A stretch of DNA of 64,000 nt from Thermoproteota archaeon (GCA_029258835.1 JAPDJY010000053.1:1-64000); one strand, 5' to 3'. Positions 36,935 to 47,022 are shown, counted from the first letter of the stretch. The notes: generated by a model from the sequence alone, not told the origin. Program-made: numbers and translations.

Positions 36935-38356
36935 TTATTTTTGGATGGAGTAGGAGGGTAGCAGCCATTTAGGGCGCCCCAGAAGGGTTAAAGTGAAATG
37001 TTCTTGAAATGAGGGGTTTTTAGAGTAGAATCTTAATATTTCATCGTCAGAGTATATGGTAAGTTTTTCAGCCGTTTTCTCTGCGATGTGTTTTCCCAGG
37101 CCTATATCTGGCTTACGGAGAACGTCCTTTAGGAGGGCTTCTGCGTCATCATATTTCCTCCCAACCTCCACGACCCACCTGTCCTTTTCCACCCTTGGAC
37201 CGGAGATCGTTGAATGAGACGTTAAGTGCTTTTTTAGGAATCGTGACTGGTGTGGCGTGGCAGGGGGAGGCCCAAGCTGCTTTTTCAGTCTTGGAAGACG
37301 CTTAGACTCAAGTTCAATGATGAAGGCTGTCTCGTCCTCCCCGCTCCACACATCCCTGTTTAACACCTTAAAGTCGTGTTGCTCCAAGACCTTCTCCACC
37401 GCCTGTATGGACCTGCTTAGTTGCCCCCACAGGATGTCCGGAGGAAGCCTTGGAGTCGGGAAAACTATAAGAAGCATCGACGTCCCCCTTTCCCTAAGCG
37501 CCGAGGAGAGCTTTTCCGGAGGGTAGGAGGGTACTTTAGGAGGGAAGAAGAAGGCTTCTTTGGGTTCCTCGAGGAAGGCTTTAGCTGCAGCTCTGAACTC
37601 GTTGAATTTCTGCAGTGTTAGAGCCGCCGCTACGTTCCTCTTAGGGTCTATGGGGTCTACTACTATTAGAGGTGACTGGAAAATTTTGCGTGGTTTTTCA
37701 TGGTCTTCATAGTGCTTAGCGGGGTCTATGACGTGTCCGGGCTTCCACTTGAGAGACTCGTTGAGAAGGCTTCCGAACGAACCATAGTGTATTATGAGGA
37801 GCTCACACAGATATCCCGAGAAGCCTCCAACCCTTATTTCTGCGCCGTATGCGCCTATTCCTTTCATAAATGCTTTGAGAAGGCGGATTTCTCCCTTCAA
37901 CGTTTCATTTAACCTTTCCTTCACGTAGCGTGTGTGGAGGGGTGTCCGGTCAACGGAGGAGCGCATTTGGCTTGGATCCTCTATTTCGAAGCAAGGGACA
38001 AATTCAACGGTGAAACCTTCTATGTTAGCTCTGAGGTAGGGGTGCTCGGCATACTGTTCCTCTCCCAACCCTCCAGTAGCTCTCCTCGCCAGTTTAAGGC
38101 CTAGTTCGCCTATCTCGTTGAAGCTGTAGCTTTGAGGGAAGACCATGAATATGTCTATGTCCTGGTTTCCTCTTATCCAAGTGTCTTTAGCGAGTGAGCC
38201 AACCAGCATCGGGGTTATCTTCGCGTTTAGCTTCTCAGCCTCCTCTTGGAGGCGTCTAATCATCCTCTCCGCTATGGCTAAGGCCTTCGCTTTCTCCTCC
38301 GGTGACGGAGTTACCTTTTTTAGGACGTTCATGCATACTTCGTGAAAGCTAGCCAA
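36935..38356 (-). CDS. cca: CCA-adding enzyme (archaeal class I)
   Basis: VGSLAKDTW..DIDIF, YAEHPY, VDRTPLH, YGAE..GFSGYLCELL, DPIDPKRNVAAA. Confidence 0.96.
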   Translation of the reverse strand: MASFHEVCMNVLKKVTPSPEEKAKALAIAERMIRRLQEEAEKLNAKITPMLVGSLAKDTWIRGNQDIDIFMVFPQSYSFNEIGELGLKLARRATGGLGEEQYAEHPYLRANIEGFTVEFVPCFEIEDPSQMRSSVDRTPLHTRYVKERLNETLKGEIRLLKAFMKGIGAYGAEIRVGGFSGYLCELLIIHYGSFGSLLNESLKWKPGHVIDPAKHYEDHEKPRKIFQSPLIVVDPIDPKRNVAAALTLQKFNEFRAAAKAFLEEPKEAFFFPPKVPSYPPEKLSSALRERGTSMLLIVFPTPRLPPDILWGQLSRSIQAVEKVLEQHDFKVLNRDVWSGEDETAFIIELESKRLPRLKKQLGPPPATPHQSRFLKKHLTSHSTISGPRVEKDRWVVEVGRKYDDAEALLKDVLRKPDIGLGKHIAEKTAEKLTIYSDDEILRFYSKNPSFQEHFTLTLLGRPKWLLPSYSIQK

Positions 38357-38371
38357 CGTGATGCCTCCATG

Positions 38372-38935
38372 CTAGGGTATGCTCCTAAGGGTCGTGTATA
38401 TGGGGCCTTTAGGAGTTAGCTGGCTTCTCTTAAGCTTGACGGAGTCGATTGTTATTTCCCCAAGTTCCAGTCCTTTCATCCTTGAAAGCAGGGATGCAAG
38501 CTTTTCACGGTTATGGACGAACTTTACCCTAGCGATCGTCGCATGGGGGGTGAAGGGCCTACTTTCAGGCTTAAAGCCGAGGGGTTTCAGCTTCCGCTCT
38601 AACTCGTAAGCTATTGATTTAAGGTTCTCGCTTCCTTTACAGGCGCCAATCCATATCACGTTTACACGGCGAATACTTGGAAAACAGCCGACGCTGCAAA
38701 GCTCTAATCTAAACGGCTCGAAGGGTATGGTCTTCATAACTTCGTAAACTTTATCCACCATTTCACTTGAGATCTCCCCTAGGAACTTTAGGGTGAAATG
38801 CACATTTTCAAGCTCGACGAACTTGGCTTTAACTAGAGGGGAAAGGTCTTCCTGAACCTTTTTAATGGCATCCAGCACTTGAGGTGAGTCGACATCGACG
38901 GCTATGAAAGACCTAACCTTCTCCAACTTGGACAT
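38372..38935 (-). CDS. thpR: RNA 2',3'-cyclic phosphodiesterase (2'-5' RNA ligase, 2H family)
   Basis: RSFIAVD, HFTLKFLG, FTPHATIAR, LTPKGPIY. Confidence 0.93.
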   Translation of the reverse strand: MSKLEKVRSFIAVDVDSPQVLDAIKKVQEDLSPLVKAKFVELENVHFTLKFLGEISSEMVDKVYEVMKTIPFEPFRLELCSVGCFPSIRRVNVIWIGACKGSENLKSIAYELERKLKPLGFKPESRPFTPHATIARVKFVHNREKLASLLSRMKGLELGEITIDSVKLKRSQLTPKGPIYTTLRSIP

Positions 38936-39437
38936 CTCCCACCTGTTTACTTAAAACATCTAGGAGGACCTTTTCAAGGATGGTTACGAGTGCTTCAAGA
39001 GACTCTTCAACTTCAGGGGATAACTTCTCACCGAGGGCGCTCTTAGGCTGAACACCTACAAATATTACGTAGGCGTTAACCGTCTCCTGTAGGTACCTTG
39101 CAACCATAGAGAGAGGGGTGTGATGAGTTGAAAATGTTACTCCTCCTAAACTTGAGATGTCTGATGTTACCACCACGTCCCCGGGGCTACCGTTGAACTG
39201 GGCTGCATCCACGAAGACTACGTGGCTGGGTTCAAAACGCCTTAAAACACCTGTAAAGTTTTCAGGCATGGTTCCTGCTTCCACCACCAGAACGTTGGCA
39301 AGTTTTAAGCGTTTAAGCCTTCTGGCAACTTCAAGCCCCACCCGGTCGTCACCCTTGAGCTCGCTTCCCACGCCTACAATAGCCACCTTGACCGCGCCGT
39401 CCAACAGCTTCTTGAGAGCCTTTATCAAGCCTAACAC
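38913..39437 (-). CDS. hycI: Hydrogenase maturation peptidase (HycI-like)
   Basis: GVGSELKGDDRVG, GTMPEN, VDAA, STHHTPL, GVQP. Confidence 0.85.
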   Translation of the reverse strand: MLGLIKALKKLLDGAVKVAIVGVGSELKGDDRVGLEVARRLKRLKLANVLVVEAGTMPENFTGVLRRFEPSHVVFVDAAQFNGSPGDVVVTSDISSLGGVTFSTHHTPLSMVARYLQETVNAYVIFVGVQPKSALGEKLSPEVEESLEALVTILEKVLLDVLSKQVGDVQVGEG

Positions 39438-39501
39438 CCATAACTCCTTAACAAAGGAAACTTTAAAACCGTTTTTAACAAAGCTGATGACGGTGGCAGA
39501 A

Positions 39502-40083
39502 ATGGAGGAGAAAACAGAGGGAGAAAGTAGGGTTCAAGAGGAACTTAGAGAAGGAGAGGAAGAGGAGAAGGTTACCGGACTCTTAGTTGACGGCGATGTT
39601 GTGATCAACGAGAAAGACGCCGAGAAAATACATGGGAAAGGCTACGGAGAGTACGAGGAAGACGGGAAACTTCACCTAGCACCCGTAGAAGCACTCCTCC
39701 TAGCAGAAAGGGGGAGACTCGTGGTGCTGGATAGTGAAGGCAGGGAGCTCACATTTAAAGAATTAGCGAAGACCTTCACCCGGAAAGACCCTAAACTATG
39801 GACGCGGTACTTGGTTTACAGGGACCTGAGAAGCAGAGGGTATGTTGTTAAGCAAGGGTTCGGAGGGGGAATAGACTTCAGAGTTTACCCTAGAGGAAGT
39901 AAGGTCGGAGAGGAAGCTGCGAAAACGCTGATATACATAGTCACCGAGGGAAAACCGATAAACCTTAAGGAGCTAGACAGAGTAACCAAGCTCGCAGTAA
40001 GCATGAGGAAGAAGCTCACAATGGCGCTGATAAACAGGCAGGGTGACGTTGTATACTACAACGTGCTACAGATGACGTTTTAA
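39502..40083 (+). CDS. endA: tRNA-splicing endonuclease subunit (probably the structural/beta type)
   Basis: LAPVEALLL, YLVYRDLRSRGYVVK, DFRVY, RKKL; the expected catalytic His is not seen. ORF-track start 39157 overlaps hycI. Confidence 0.88.
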   Translation: MEEKTEGESRVQEELREGEEEEKVTGLLVDGDVVINEKDAEKIHGKGYGEYEEDGKLHLAPVEALLLAERGRLVVLDSEGRELTFKELAKTFTRKDPKLWTRYLVYRDLRSRGYVVKQGFGGGIDFRVYPRGSKVGEEAAKTLIYIVTEGKPINLKELDRVTKLAVSMRKKLTMALINRQGDVVYYNVLQMTF

Positions 40084-40191
40084 GCCGGGTTGAGTAACAG
40101 GAAATAAATGTTCTCATGATATTTTTATGTTACCTTCCGATTACACGCCTTTATTTCTACCAGTTTTCTTTGTGTAGAAGGGTGAAAGTGG

Positions 40192-40383
40192 ATGAAGGTG
40201 GAAGCTGAAGGGTTAGCTAATGACGATGTTAAGGCATTCCTGAGGGAGCTGCAGAGGGTTTACAGGGAGTACTTCAAGAGGAGAGAGCATAAGACAACCA
40301 ATGACTTGATCATACTTAATAACTTAGCTGGCTCGATCAGGAAGCTTAGGTGGATGCTTCAGGAAGGCGGTGTGAAGCGTTAA
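40192..40383 (+). CDS. Small hypothetical protein
   Basis: 63 aa, GGTGA RBS, helical amphipathic sequence. Confidence 0.55.
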   Translation: MKVEAEGLANDDVKAFLRELQRVYREYFKRREHKTTNDLIILNNLAGSIRKLRWMLQEGGVKR

Positions 40384-40409
40384 GGACGTTAAGAAAGACG
40401 GGGAACGGG

Positions 40410-41282
40410 TTAGAAAAGTTTTTCCTCGAGGAATGGGCGTACGCTCGTCCGGTGGAAGGCTAAACCAAGCTCCTTATAGGTGAAGCCCAAGGCCAACCCT
40501 AACATTTCAGTATAGTAGAATATGGGAAGGGCGAAATCGTATCCTTTCCTTTTCAGCTCCAGTTGGCCGAAGTCATACTGCATGAAGCAGAATGGGCAGG
40601 CAACCACCATGCAGTCAGCTCCGGCTTTCGTAGCCGACTCAAGCTTCAACTTTATGTACGGGTAGGACTTAGCTCTGTCAATGTTGTTCATGGCTGCACC
40701 ACAGCACAAGTCCTTGTAATTATAGTTTAAACTTTTAGGGCCTAGGGCTTCGACGAGTACATCTAGTTTTCGGGGGTTTTCAGGATCGTCGAAGCCGAGG
40801 ACCTCACTCGGCCTCAAAAGATGGCACCCGTAGTGGACTGCCACGTTGGCCTCTAAAGGATTCACTATGAGGCTTTCTATCCTGCGTGGGCCAACCCTGT
40901 ACAGGGCCTCAACTATGTGGAGAACGTCGATGTCGCCCCTGAACTCCCTGTCGATGCGCTTTAACGCCTCGTTCACTTCCTCCATGAGGGCTGGGTCTCG
41001 CAACAGAATTTCTCTAGCTGTTTTTAAAGTTTCAAAGCAACCACTGCAGAGAGTTAGAATGTCCTTTCCTTCCTCTTCGGCCAGCGCTAAGTTTCTAGCA
41101 GCTAGGTAGAGCCAAGCCTTAAAACTGACCCCCTGAACACCAATCGGATCCGGACAGCAGCTTGCCCCCTCAAGAGGCTCGTATTGGATACCTAGGGCTT
41201 CGAGAACCATTCTTGAGGAGGCCTCGATGAAAGGAAGGCGGAAAGGGATGAGACATCCTAGAAATAGGGAGTAGTCATTCAC
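40410..41282 (-). CDS. hdrB: Heterodisulfide reductase subunit B
   Basis: FLGC, SCCP, CSGC, HYGCH, CCG, CPFC..QYD. Confidence 0.92.
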   Translation of the reverse strand: MNDYSLFLGCLIPFRLPFIEASSRMVLEALGIQYEPLEGASCCPDPIGVQGVSFKAWLYLAARNLALAEEEGKDILTLCSGCFETLKTAREILLRDPALMEEVNEALKRIDREFRGDIDVLHIVEALYRVGPRRIESLIVNPLEANVAVHYGCHLLRPSEVLGFDDPENPRKLDVLVEALGPKSLNYNYKDLCCGAAMNNIDRAKSYPYIKLKLESATKAGADCMVVACPFCFMQYDFGQLELKRKGYDFALPIFYYTEMLGLALGFTYKELGLAFHRTSVRPFLEEKLF

Positions 41283-41791
41283 CCTTCACGTTCCCCCCCG
41301 AGCACGTTTACGAACTCTTTAAGCAAGGCTCTAACTTCATCTACATTGACGGAGGGGGGAGGAGGGAGAGATAGTGAAGCCCTTCTCTTCTCCACCGCTG
41401 AGGAAAGGCTTAACGTCCTGCCCGTCTTAAATATCTGCTTCACCTCTTCGACCACTCCCTCAGGGACGTCCCCCCGCTCCACAGCCAAGTTCTTAAAGAA
41501 CGTGATAAGGTAGGATACCTTAACGTTCATCGGGCATGCTTCCAAGCATGAGTGGCAGCTAAGACAGGACCAGACTCCGTCCTTAAACACGACCTCGTCT
41601 TCCAAGCCGAGGAGAGCGTCGCAGACTATACGTCTAGGACTAAAGCTTTCAACTACACGTGCCACCGGACACTTACTAGAGCAAAGCGAACACTGCATAC
41701 AGTACTTAAGGGAGACACCTCCCTCAGGGAAACAGGAGACGCGATGGCGAAAGGAGCTAATAGACTGCAGCTTCAAAGATGCCACCTCCAA
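41279..41791 (-). CDS. hdrC: Heterodisulfide reductase subunit C
   Basis: CMQCSLCSSKCP and WSCLSCHSCLEACP; overlaps the hdrB start. Confidence 0.9.
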   Translation of the reverse strand: MEVASLKLQSISSFRHRVSCFPEGGVSLKYCMQCSLCSSKCPVARVVESFSPRRIVCDALLGLEDEVVFKDGVWSCLSCHSCLEACPMNVKVSYLITFFKNLAVERGDVPEGVVEEVKQIFKTGRTLSLSSAVEKRRASLSLPPPPSVNVDEVRALLKEFVNVLGGEREG

Positions 41792-41948
41792 AAGAAAAGA
41801 AAAGAGAATGCTTTAAAGTTTTTCGAAGCATAATCTAAAATCTAACGAAAGTATGGGTTAAAGTCTGTGGGAATGCCTTTACTAGAAACTTTATATTCAC
41901 GGAGAGAGTAGGGGAATTAAACTGGTTTTCTGGAGGAATAGGGAGAAA

Positions 41949-42362
41949 ATGGTGATAGAAAGAACAGCCGAAGTAAGCCAAAAAGCCGTGGAAAGGATAA
42001 ACAAACTTCTCAAAGAAGAAAACTACCCGGGAAACATAGACATACTGCTAATAGACCGGTTTGGAAACCTAGTAGCTCAAAGGATTAGGTACTCAGACAT
42101 AGAGGAAGCCATGGAAAGCACATTTACGCTAATAGCAAGCTGCAACACAATATCGAAAACCTTTGCTCAAGGCGATGCTACTGAATGCATCATACGCGGG
42201 GAGAAAGGGTACATAATAGCAGTTGAGGTAGAGCCAACTATCTTGGTAGCTGCGGGAATACCGGATAGGCAACTAGGCATAATGCTTCAAAGACTAAGAA
42301 GCACTGCTAAGAAGATAAAGAAAATAATAGAGGAAGACGCAATGGAAAAAGTTACCGTGTAA
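41949..42362 (+). CDS. Roadblock/LC7 domain protein
   Basis: LLIDRFGNLVA, IIRGEKGYII and QLGIML match the roadblock fold pattern. Confidence 0.75.
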   Translation: MVIERTAEVSQKAVERINKLLKEENYPGNIDILLIDRFGNLVAQRIRYSDIEEAMESTFTLIASCNTISKTFAQGDATECIIRGEKGYIIAVEVEPTILVAAGIPDRQLGIMLQRLRSTAKKIKKIIEEDAMEKVTV

Positions 42363-42610
42363 TCTAATTTAGACATTAAAAACTTGGAAGTGCAAGCTTC
42401 ACCACACACATTTTAATTCTTCCATAGCTAGATGGCAGGGCTTTCCCCCTTTATCCTTCTGCGCAGCTTCCGCCTTTCTCCTCCTCTAAATGAAACGGCT
42501 TCCTTTTCATCGCTTATCTTCTTAGTATTTCTTATTTCTAAAAAGGGAAACACTACGCAGTGATCTCCCTAGTAAATTTTAAAAGTGTGTAACGTTTTAT
42601 TTTTCTTCGA

Positions 42611-42743
42611 GGTGCCGGTAGCTCAGCCTGGGAGAGCGCAGGACTGTGGACTGGCAGGGGCAGGCAGTAAGTGGTAAAGCTGAATCCTGAGGTCGCGGGT
42701 TCGACATGGAGGTTTAGCTTCCACGAAAGTCCCGCCCGGCACC
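42611..42743 (+). tRNA. tRNA-His(GUG) with three BHB introns (42650-42669, 42671-42684, 42706-42729) and encoded G-1
   Basis: Acceptor GTGCCGG/CCGGCAC with G-1:C73, D stem GCTC/GAGC, anticodon stem CAGGA/TCCTG with GTG at 42646-42648, T stem GCGGG/CCCGC. CCA is not encoded; lies next to hisS. Confidence 0.93.
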
Positions 42744-42804
42744 CTCATTTTGCTTTTTCACCCCTTTAACATCCAGGGAAACCGTTAAGATTTTATTCTT
42801 TCTC

Positions 42805-44157
42805 TTGGTAGGGTTGTCCCGGCTTACGGGGGTGTTTGGGTCGGTTAAGTATAGGGTTCCACGAGGCTTCAGAGATTTCCCCCCAGAGGTAGCCATACTT
42901 AGGAAAAAAGTCATAGAGATCGTCGAGGATGTCTTTGAAAGGTTTGGTTTTGACCCGATCGAGACGCCGGTCATCGAGTATTGGGAGACACTTAAGGGAA
43001 AGTATGGTGATGAGGTTGAGTCCAAGCTACTTTACAGGTTTCAGGATCCCTGGAGCGAGGAGTGGTTGGCTTTAAGATATGATTTAACCGTTCCGCTAGC
43101 GAGGTTTGTGGCGAGCCACGCTCCCCCCCTACCCTTTAAAAGGTATCATATTGGGCGTGTTTGGAGGCATGAGAGGCCACAGAGGGGAAGGTACAGAGAG
43201 TTTTGGCAGTGTGACGCTGACATAGTAGGTTCACCTTACCCTGAAGCAGACGCGGAAGTCATCGATGTGATGTGTGAGGTAATGAAGGCCCTAAGCTATA
43301 AGCGTTTCAGGGTGAGACTTAACGACAGGAGGATGCTTAGAGGGGTCTTCGAGGAGGAACTTAGAATATCAAAGTACGGGGACGAGAAAACCCTAGAAGT
43401 TTTCAGGGCAATAGACAAGCTTGACAAGATAGGAAGAGAAGGCGTCAGGGAGGAACTCCTGAGGACAGGGTTGAAAGGAGGTGAAGTCCAAAAAATAATG
43501 GAAACGGTGGAGGTTTCAGGAGAGCCGGAGGAAACCTTACAGTTCGTTGAGGAACGGTTCGGAGGAAACGAGAACATTAAGGCAGCGCTAAGCCACCTTT
43601 CAGGCATACTTGATAACTTAACTCATAAGGGGAAGGTGACCGTGGATCTGAGCATGGTTAGGGGGCTGGACTACTATACGGGCCCCATCTTCGAAACCTA
43701 CATTGAGGAGCCAAAGATAGGGGCTCTGGCTGGGGGAGGACGCTACGATGACCTAATAGAAAGGTATGGTGGACCGAGAACGCCGTCAACAGGTGTAAGT
43801 ATTGGAATAGAGAGGGTAATAGATGCAGGGCTTGAGCTCGGAATGTTCAGCCTTAACCAAAAAACGAAAACTAAAGTTTTTGTCGTTAATATGGGATTAG
43901 AGCAGCGAGGCTACGCCCGGAAAGTAGCTGAGGAAATTAGGAAAAGCGGATTAACAGTGCAGGTAGACCTTATGAGGAGAAGCTACAGGAAGCAGCTCGA
44001 GTACTGTGACAAGAAGGGAATACCATACTTAGTGTTTATAGGAGATAGGGAAACGCGAACGGAAACAGTAACTCTCTACATAAAGAGCACGGGGGAAAGA
44101 TATGAGGAAATACCCCTCCAACAGGCGGTAGAAGTCATGCTAAGGAAGAGCCGCTAG
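42805..44157 (+). CDS. hisS: Histidine--tRNA ligase
   Basis: PRGFRDF, LRYDLTVPLAR, WRHERPQRGRYREFWQCDAD, RGLDYYTG, GGGRYD. Confidence 0.97.
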   Translation: MVGLSRLTGVFGSVKYRVPRGFRDFPPEVAILRKKVIEIVEDVFERFGFDPIETPVIEYWETLKGKYGDEVESKLLYRFQDPWSEEWLALRYDLTVPLARFVASHAPPLPFKRYHIGRVWRHERPQRGRYREFWQCDADIVGSPYPEADAEVIDVMCEVMKALSYKRFRVRLNDRRMLRGVFEEELRISKYGDEKTLEVFRAIDKLDKIGREGVREELLRTGLKGGEVQKIMETVEVSGEPEETLQFVEERFGGNENIKAALSHLSGILDNLTHKGKVTVDLSMVRGLDYYTGPIFETYIEEPKIGALAGGGRYDDLIERYGGPRTPSTGVSIGIERVIDAGLELGMFSLNQKTKTKVFVVNMGLEQRGYARKVAEEIRKSGLTVQVDLMRRSYRKQLEYCDKKGIPYLVFIGDRETRTETVTLYIKSTGERYEEIPLQQAVEVMLRKSR

Positions 44158-44387
44158 CACGGAAACATCCTCCGACGGGAGAATCTGGAAAGCTGGCGAA
44201 TCCACCTTTAATCCACCTTTAAGTAGACATTTCAACCTTGAGTCCTTCTTTGAAGGGTGAAAGGTTTTGGACATTGCTGGAGGCAGAGGTGAAGCAATAA
44301 ATTTATTTATTTTTCGGTTGAAAGGGTGAAGCGGAGTCACCATTTGATATGCGCGGCGCAAAAGTTTAAAAAATAAACTAGAGATAA

Positions 44388-45692
44388 TTGATCATGAAGA
44401 GGATGAGAGAAATGGAGGATCTAAAAGCCCTTAAAAAAGAGCTCTTCAGGTGTATTCACTGTAAGGCGTGCATGTTTTCCTACTCAGGTGAGCCAGACAA
44501 GCAAGGTATAGGCGAGTACCAAGGGATGCTCTACGAAGGCATGATTGAGGGGTGCCCTTCAGGAGCCTACAACATGCTCTGGGAAGGTTACCTGAACAGC
44601 GGTAGAATGTGGATTCTAAGGGCCATAATGGAAGGAGAACTTGAACCTAATGAGAGCGTAAGAGACCTAATATTTCCGTGTCCGACGTGTGGGAACTGTC
44701 AAGCCCAGTGCGAGAACAAGATACCAACCGTTGAGCTGATCGAGGCTGCTAGGGCGGCATGCGTCGAGGCAGGTGTTCCATTGCTACCTAAGCATGCTGC
44801 GATGGGCAAGTTCACCGAGGAGCTGAACAACCCCTACGGGGAGAAGCACGAGGAAAGAACGAAGTGGCTTGAGGGCACCGGGATCAAGACGAAGAAAGAC
44901 GCTAAGATCGCGTATTTCGTGGGTTGCACGGCTTCATACAGGCAAAAGCACGTGGCTAAGGCCACCGCTGAGCTGCTTAATAAGCTCGGTGTTGAATTTG
45001 CAGTACTTGAGGAGGAAGTATGCTGTGGCTCACCGCTCTTCAGAACTGGTCAGAGGAAGATCGCTAAGAGGGTTATGGAGGAGAACTTGAAGACTTTTAA
45101 AGACTATGACGTGTTGCTGTTCAGCTGTGCAGGATGCTACAGGACCTTCAGGGTGGACTACCCGAAGTTTACCGGGGAGAAGTTGCCATTCACACCCAAG
45201 CACACTCTAGAATACGTAGCGGAGCTACTTGACCAAGGTAAACTGGAGTTTAAGAGGGAGTTTAAGAAGAAAGTTACATGGCACGACCCTTGCCACCTGA
45301 TGAGGCACGTCGCCCTTGACTTAGAGCGTAGAGAGCTGGCTAAAAGCAGCAACTGGTTCGTGGACGAAAGAGAAATTAAAAAGAAGAAGGAAGAATGGTA
45401 CGAGCTTCCAAGAAAGATCCTCAGGGCTATTCCAGGAGTAGAGCTTGTCGAAATGTACAGGATTAAGGAGGATGCGTGGTGCTGTGGCTCAGGCGGCGGC
45501 GTGAAAGCACAATATCCAGACTTAGCCCTTTGGACAGCGTTAGAAAGGATTAAAGAGGCAGAGGCTACAGGAGCAGAGGCCATAGTGACGAGCTGCCCAT
45601 TCTGCATCAGAAACCTAGGTGACGCCGTCGCTGCGGGCGGATCAAAACTTGAAGTCTTAGAGCTACTCGAAATACTCAACGAGATTATTTAA
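44388..45692 (+). CDS. HdrD/GlpC-like Fe-S protein with CCG domains
   Basis: CIHCKAC, CPTCGNC, FVGC, CCG, CAGC, HDPCHL, CCGSGGG, CPFC. Confidence 0.9.
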   Translation: MIMKRMREMEDLKALKKELFRCIHCKACMFSYSGEPDKQGIGEYQGMLYEGMIEGCPSGAYNMLWEGYLNSGRMWILRAIMEGELEPNESVRDLIFPCPTCGNCQAQCENKIPTVELIEAARAACVEAGVPLLPKHAAMGKFTEELNNPYGEKHEERTKWLEGTGIKTKKDAKIAYFVGCTASYRQKHVAKATAELLNKLGVEFAVLEEEVCCGSPLFRTGQRKIAKRVMEENLKTFKDYDVLLFSCAGCYRTFRVDYPKFTGEKLPFTPKHTLEYVAELLDQGKLEFKREFKKKVTWHDPCHLMRHVALDLERRELAKSSNWFVDEREIKKKKEEWYELPRKILRAIPGVELVEMYRIKEDAWCCGSGGGVKAQYPDLALWTALERIKEAEATGAEAIVTSCPFCIRNLGDAVAAGGSKLEVLELLEILNEII

Positions 45693-45879
45693 AAACCCTT
45701 AAGACTCCTTTCTTTTTTCTCTTTTTAGAGCCCACAGCCAACAGATAGGGAAGCCAGTTAGCTTTGTTTTGGGATTAACGTTCGTAAACATTTTTATTTT
45801 TTGCCATTAGCTGTTTTTGAAGGTTTTCTCAAAGCAAATGATGTGTTCACTTGCAATTATAGCCTTTGAGGTGGTTTGA

Positions 45880-47022
45880 TTGGTGAAAAAGTATAGGATT
45901 GCTGTTCTTCCTGGTGACGGAGTTGGACGCGAGGTCATCCCTGAAGCCCTAAAGGTTTTGGATTCGGCTGCGGAGGCTGTGGGAGGCTTAGATTTCGACT
46001 ACGTGGAGGTTCCATGCGGCGGCAAGTACTACTTGGAGACGGGGTTAGAGTGGCCTGACGACGGGTTTGAAACGTGCAGGGGAGCTGACGCGATACTCTT
46101 CGGGGCGGTTGGGTGGCCTAAGGCCGTCTTGCCCGGCGGACAGCTGGCAGGGATAGGCATACTCTTAGACCTCAGGTTTGGGCTGGATCTTTACGCTAAC
46201 GTTAGGCCGGCGAAACTTTACGATGGGGTCGAGTGCTTCGTTAAGGGTAAAAAGGCGGGGGACGTGGACTTCGTCATCGTCCGGGAGAACACGGAGGGGC
46301 TTTACGCCCCCATTAGAGGAAGCCTTGAAAGGGGAGGTAAACGTGAGGTGGCTGTAGACGTCAGGGTTTTAACTAGGAAAGGTTGTGAAAGGGTGATAGA
46401 CTACGCTTTTAGACTATGCCTTTCGAGGATGGGGGCGGCCGTCGACGGGAAGCGTAGGGTGACGTGTGTTGATAAGAGCAACGTGCTTGAAGGGTGTAGG
46501 TTTTTCAGGAAGGTTTTTGACGAAGTTGCTGAAAAGTATGGAAGCATTGAGAAAGATTATGTTTACGTTGACGCCATGACCCAGTGGATGATTAGGACGC
46601 CGGAAAGGTATGATGTGATCGTTACAACTAACATGTTCGGGGACATCCTCTCAGACCTATCATCCGTGTTGATAGGAGGGATGGGCATGGCTCCCAGCGG
46701 CAACGTGGGGGATGAGCACGCAATGTTCGAGCCGGTACATGGCAGCGCACCTGACATAGCTGGCAGGGAGGTGGCGAACCCCATAGGAGCCATCCTCTCG
46801 GCTAAGATGATGCTTGAGTGGCTTGCCCAAAAGCACAAGGATGAAGCTTGCAGAAAAGCTGCTGAAGCAATAGAGAGGGGGGTAGCAGACGTACTTGCCG
46901 ATGGAAAAATTAGGACGCAAGACCTCTGCTATGGAAGATACGCCGACGTTAAGCCCAGCAAGACAAGTGCGGTGGGAGACGCCATAGCCCAAAGGATACG
47001 TAATGGAAAACCAGCCTATTAA
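45880..47022 (+). CDS. Isocitrate/isopropylmalate dehydrogenase family (LeuB-like)
   Basis: PGDGVGREV, DLYANVRP, RENTEGLY, DKSNV, NMFGDILSD, FEPVHGSAPDIAG. Confidence 0.92.
   Translation: MVKKYRIAVLPGDGVGREVIPEALKVLDSAAEAVGGLDFDYVEVPCGGKYYLETGLEWPDDGFETCRGADAILFGAVGWPKAVLPGGQLAGIGILLDLRFGLDLYANVRPAKLYDGVECFVKGKKAGDVDFVIVRENTEGLYAPIRGSLERGGKREVAVDVRVLTRKGCERVIDYAFRLCLSRMGAAVDGKRRVTCVDKSNVLEGCRFFRKVFDEVAEKYGSIEKDYVYVDAMTQWMIRTPERYDVIVTTNMFGDILSDLSSVLIGGMGMAPSGNVGDEHAMFEPVHGSAPDIAGREVANPIGAILSAKMMLEWLAQKHKDEACRKAAEAIERGVADVLADGKIRTQDLCYGRYADVKPSKTSAVGDAIAQRIRNGKPAY

Noticed and set aside
39157-39501. N-terminal extension of EndA in the ORF track
   Set aside because: It is mostly the antisense of hycI; EndA similarity starts after about 39500.
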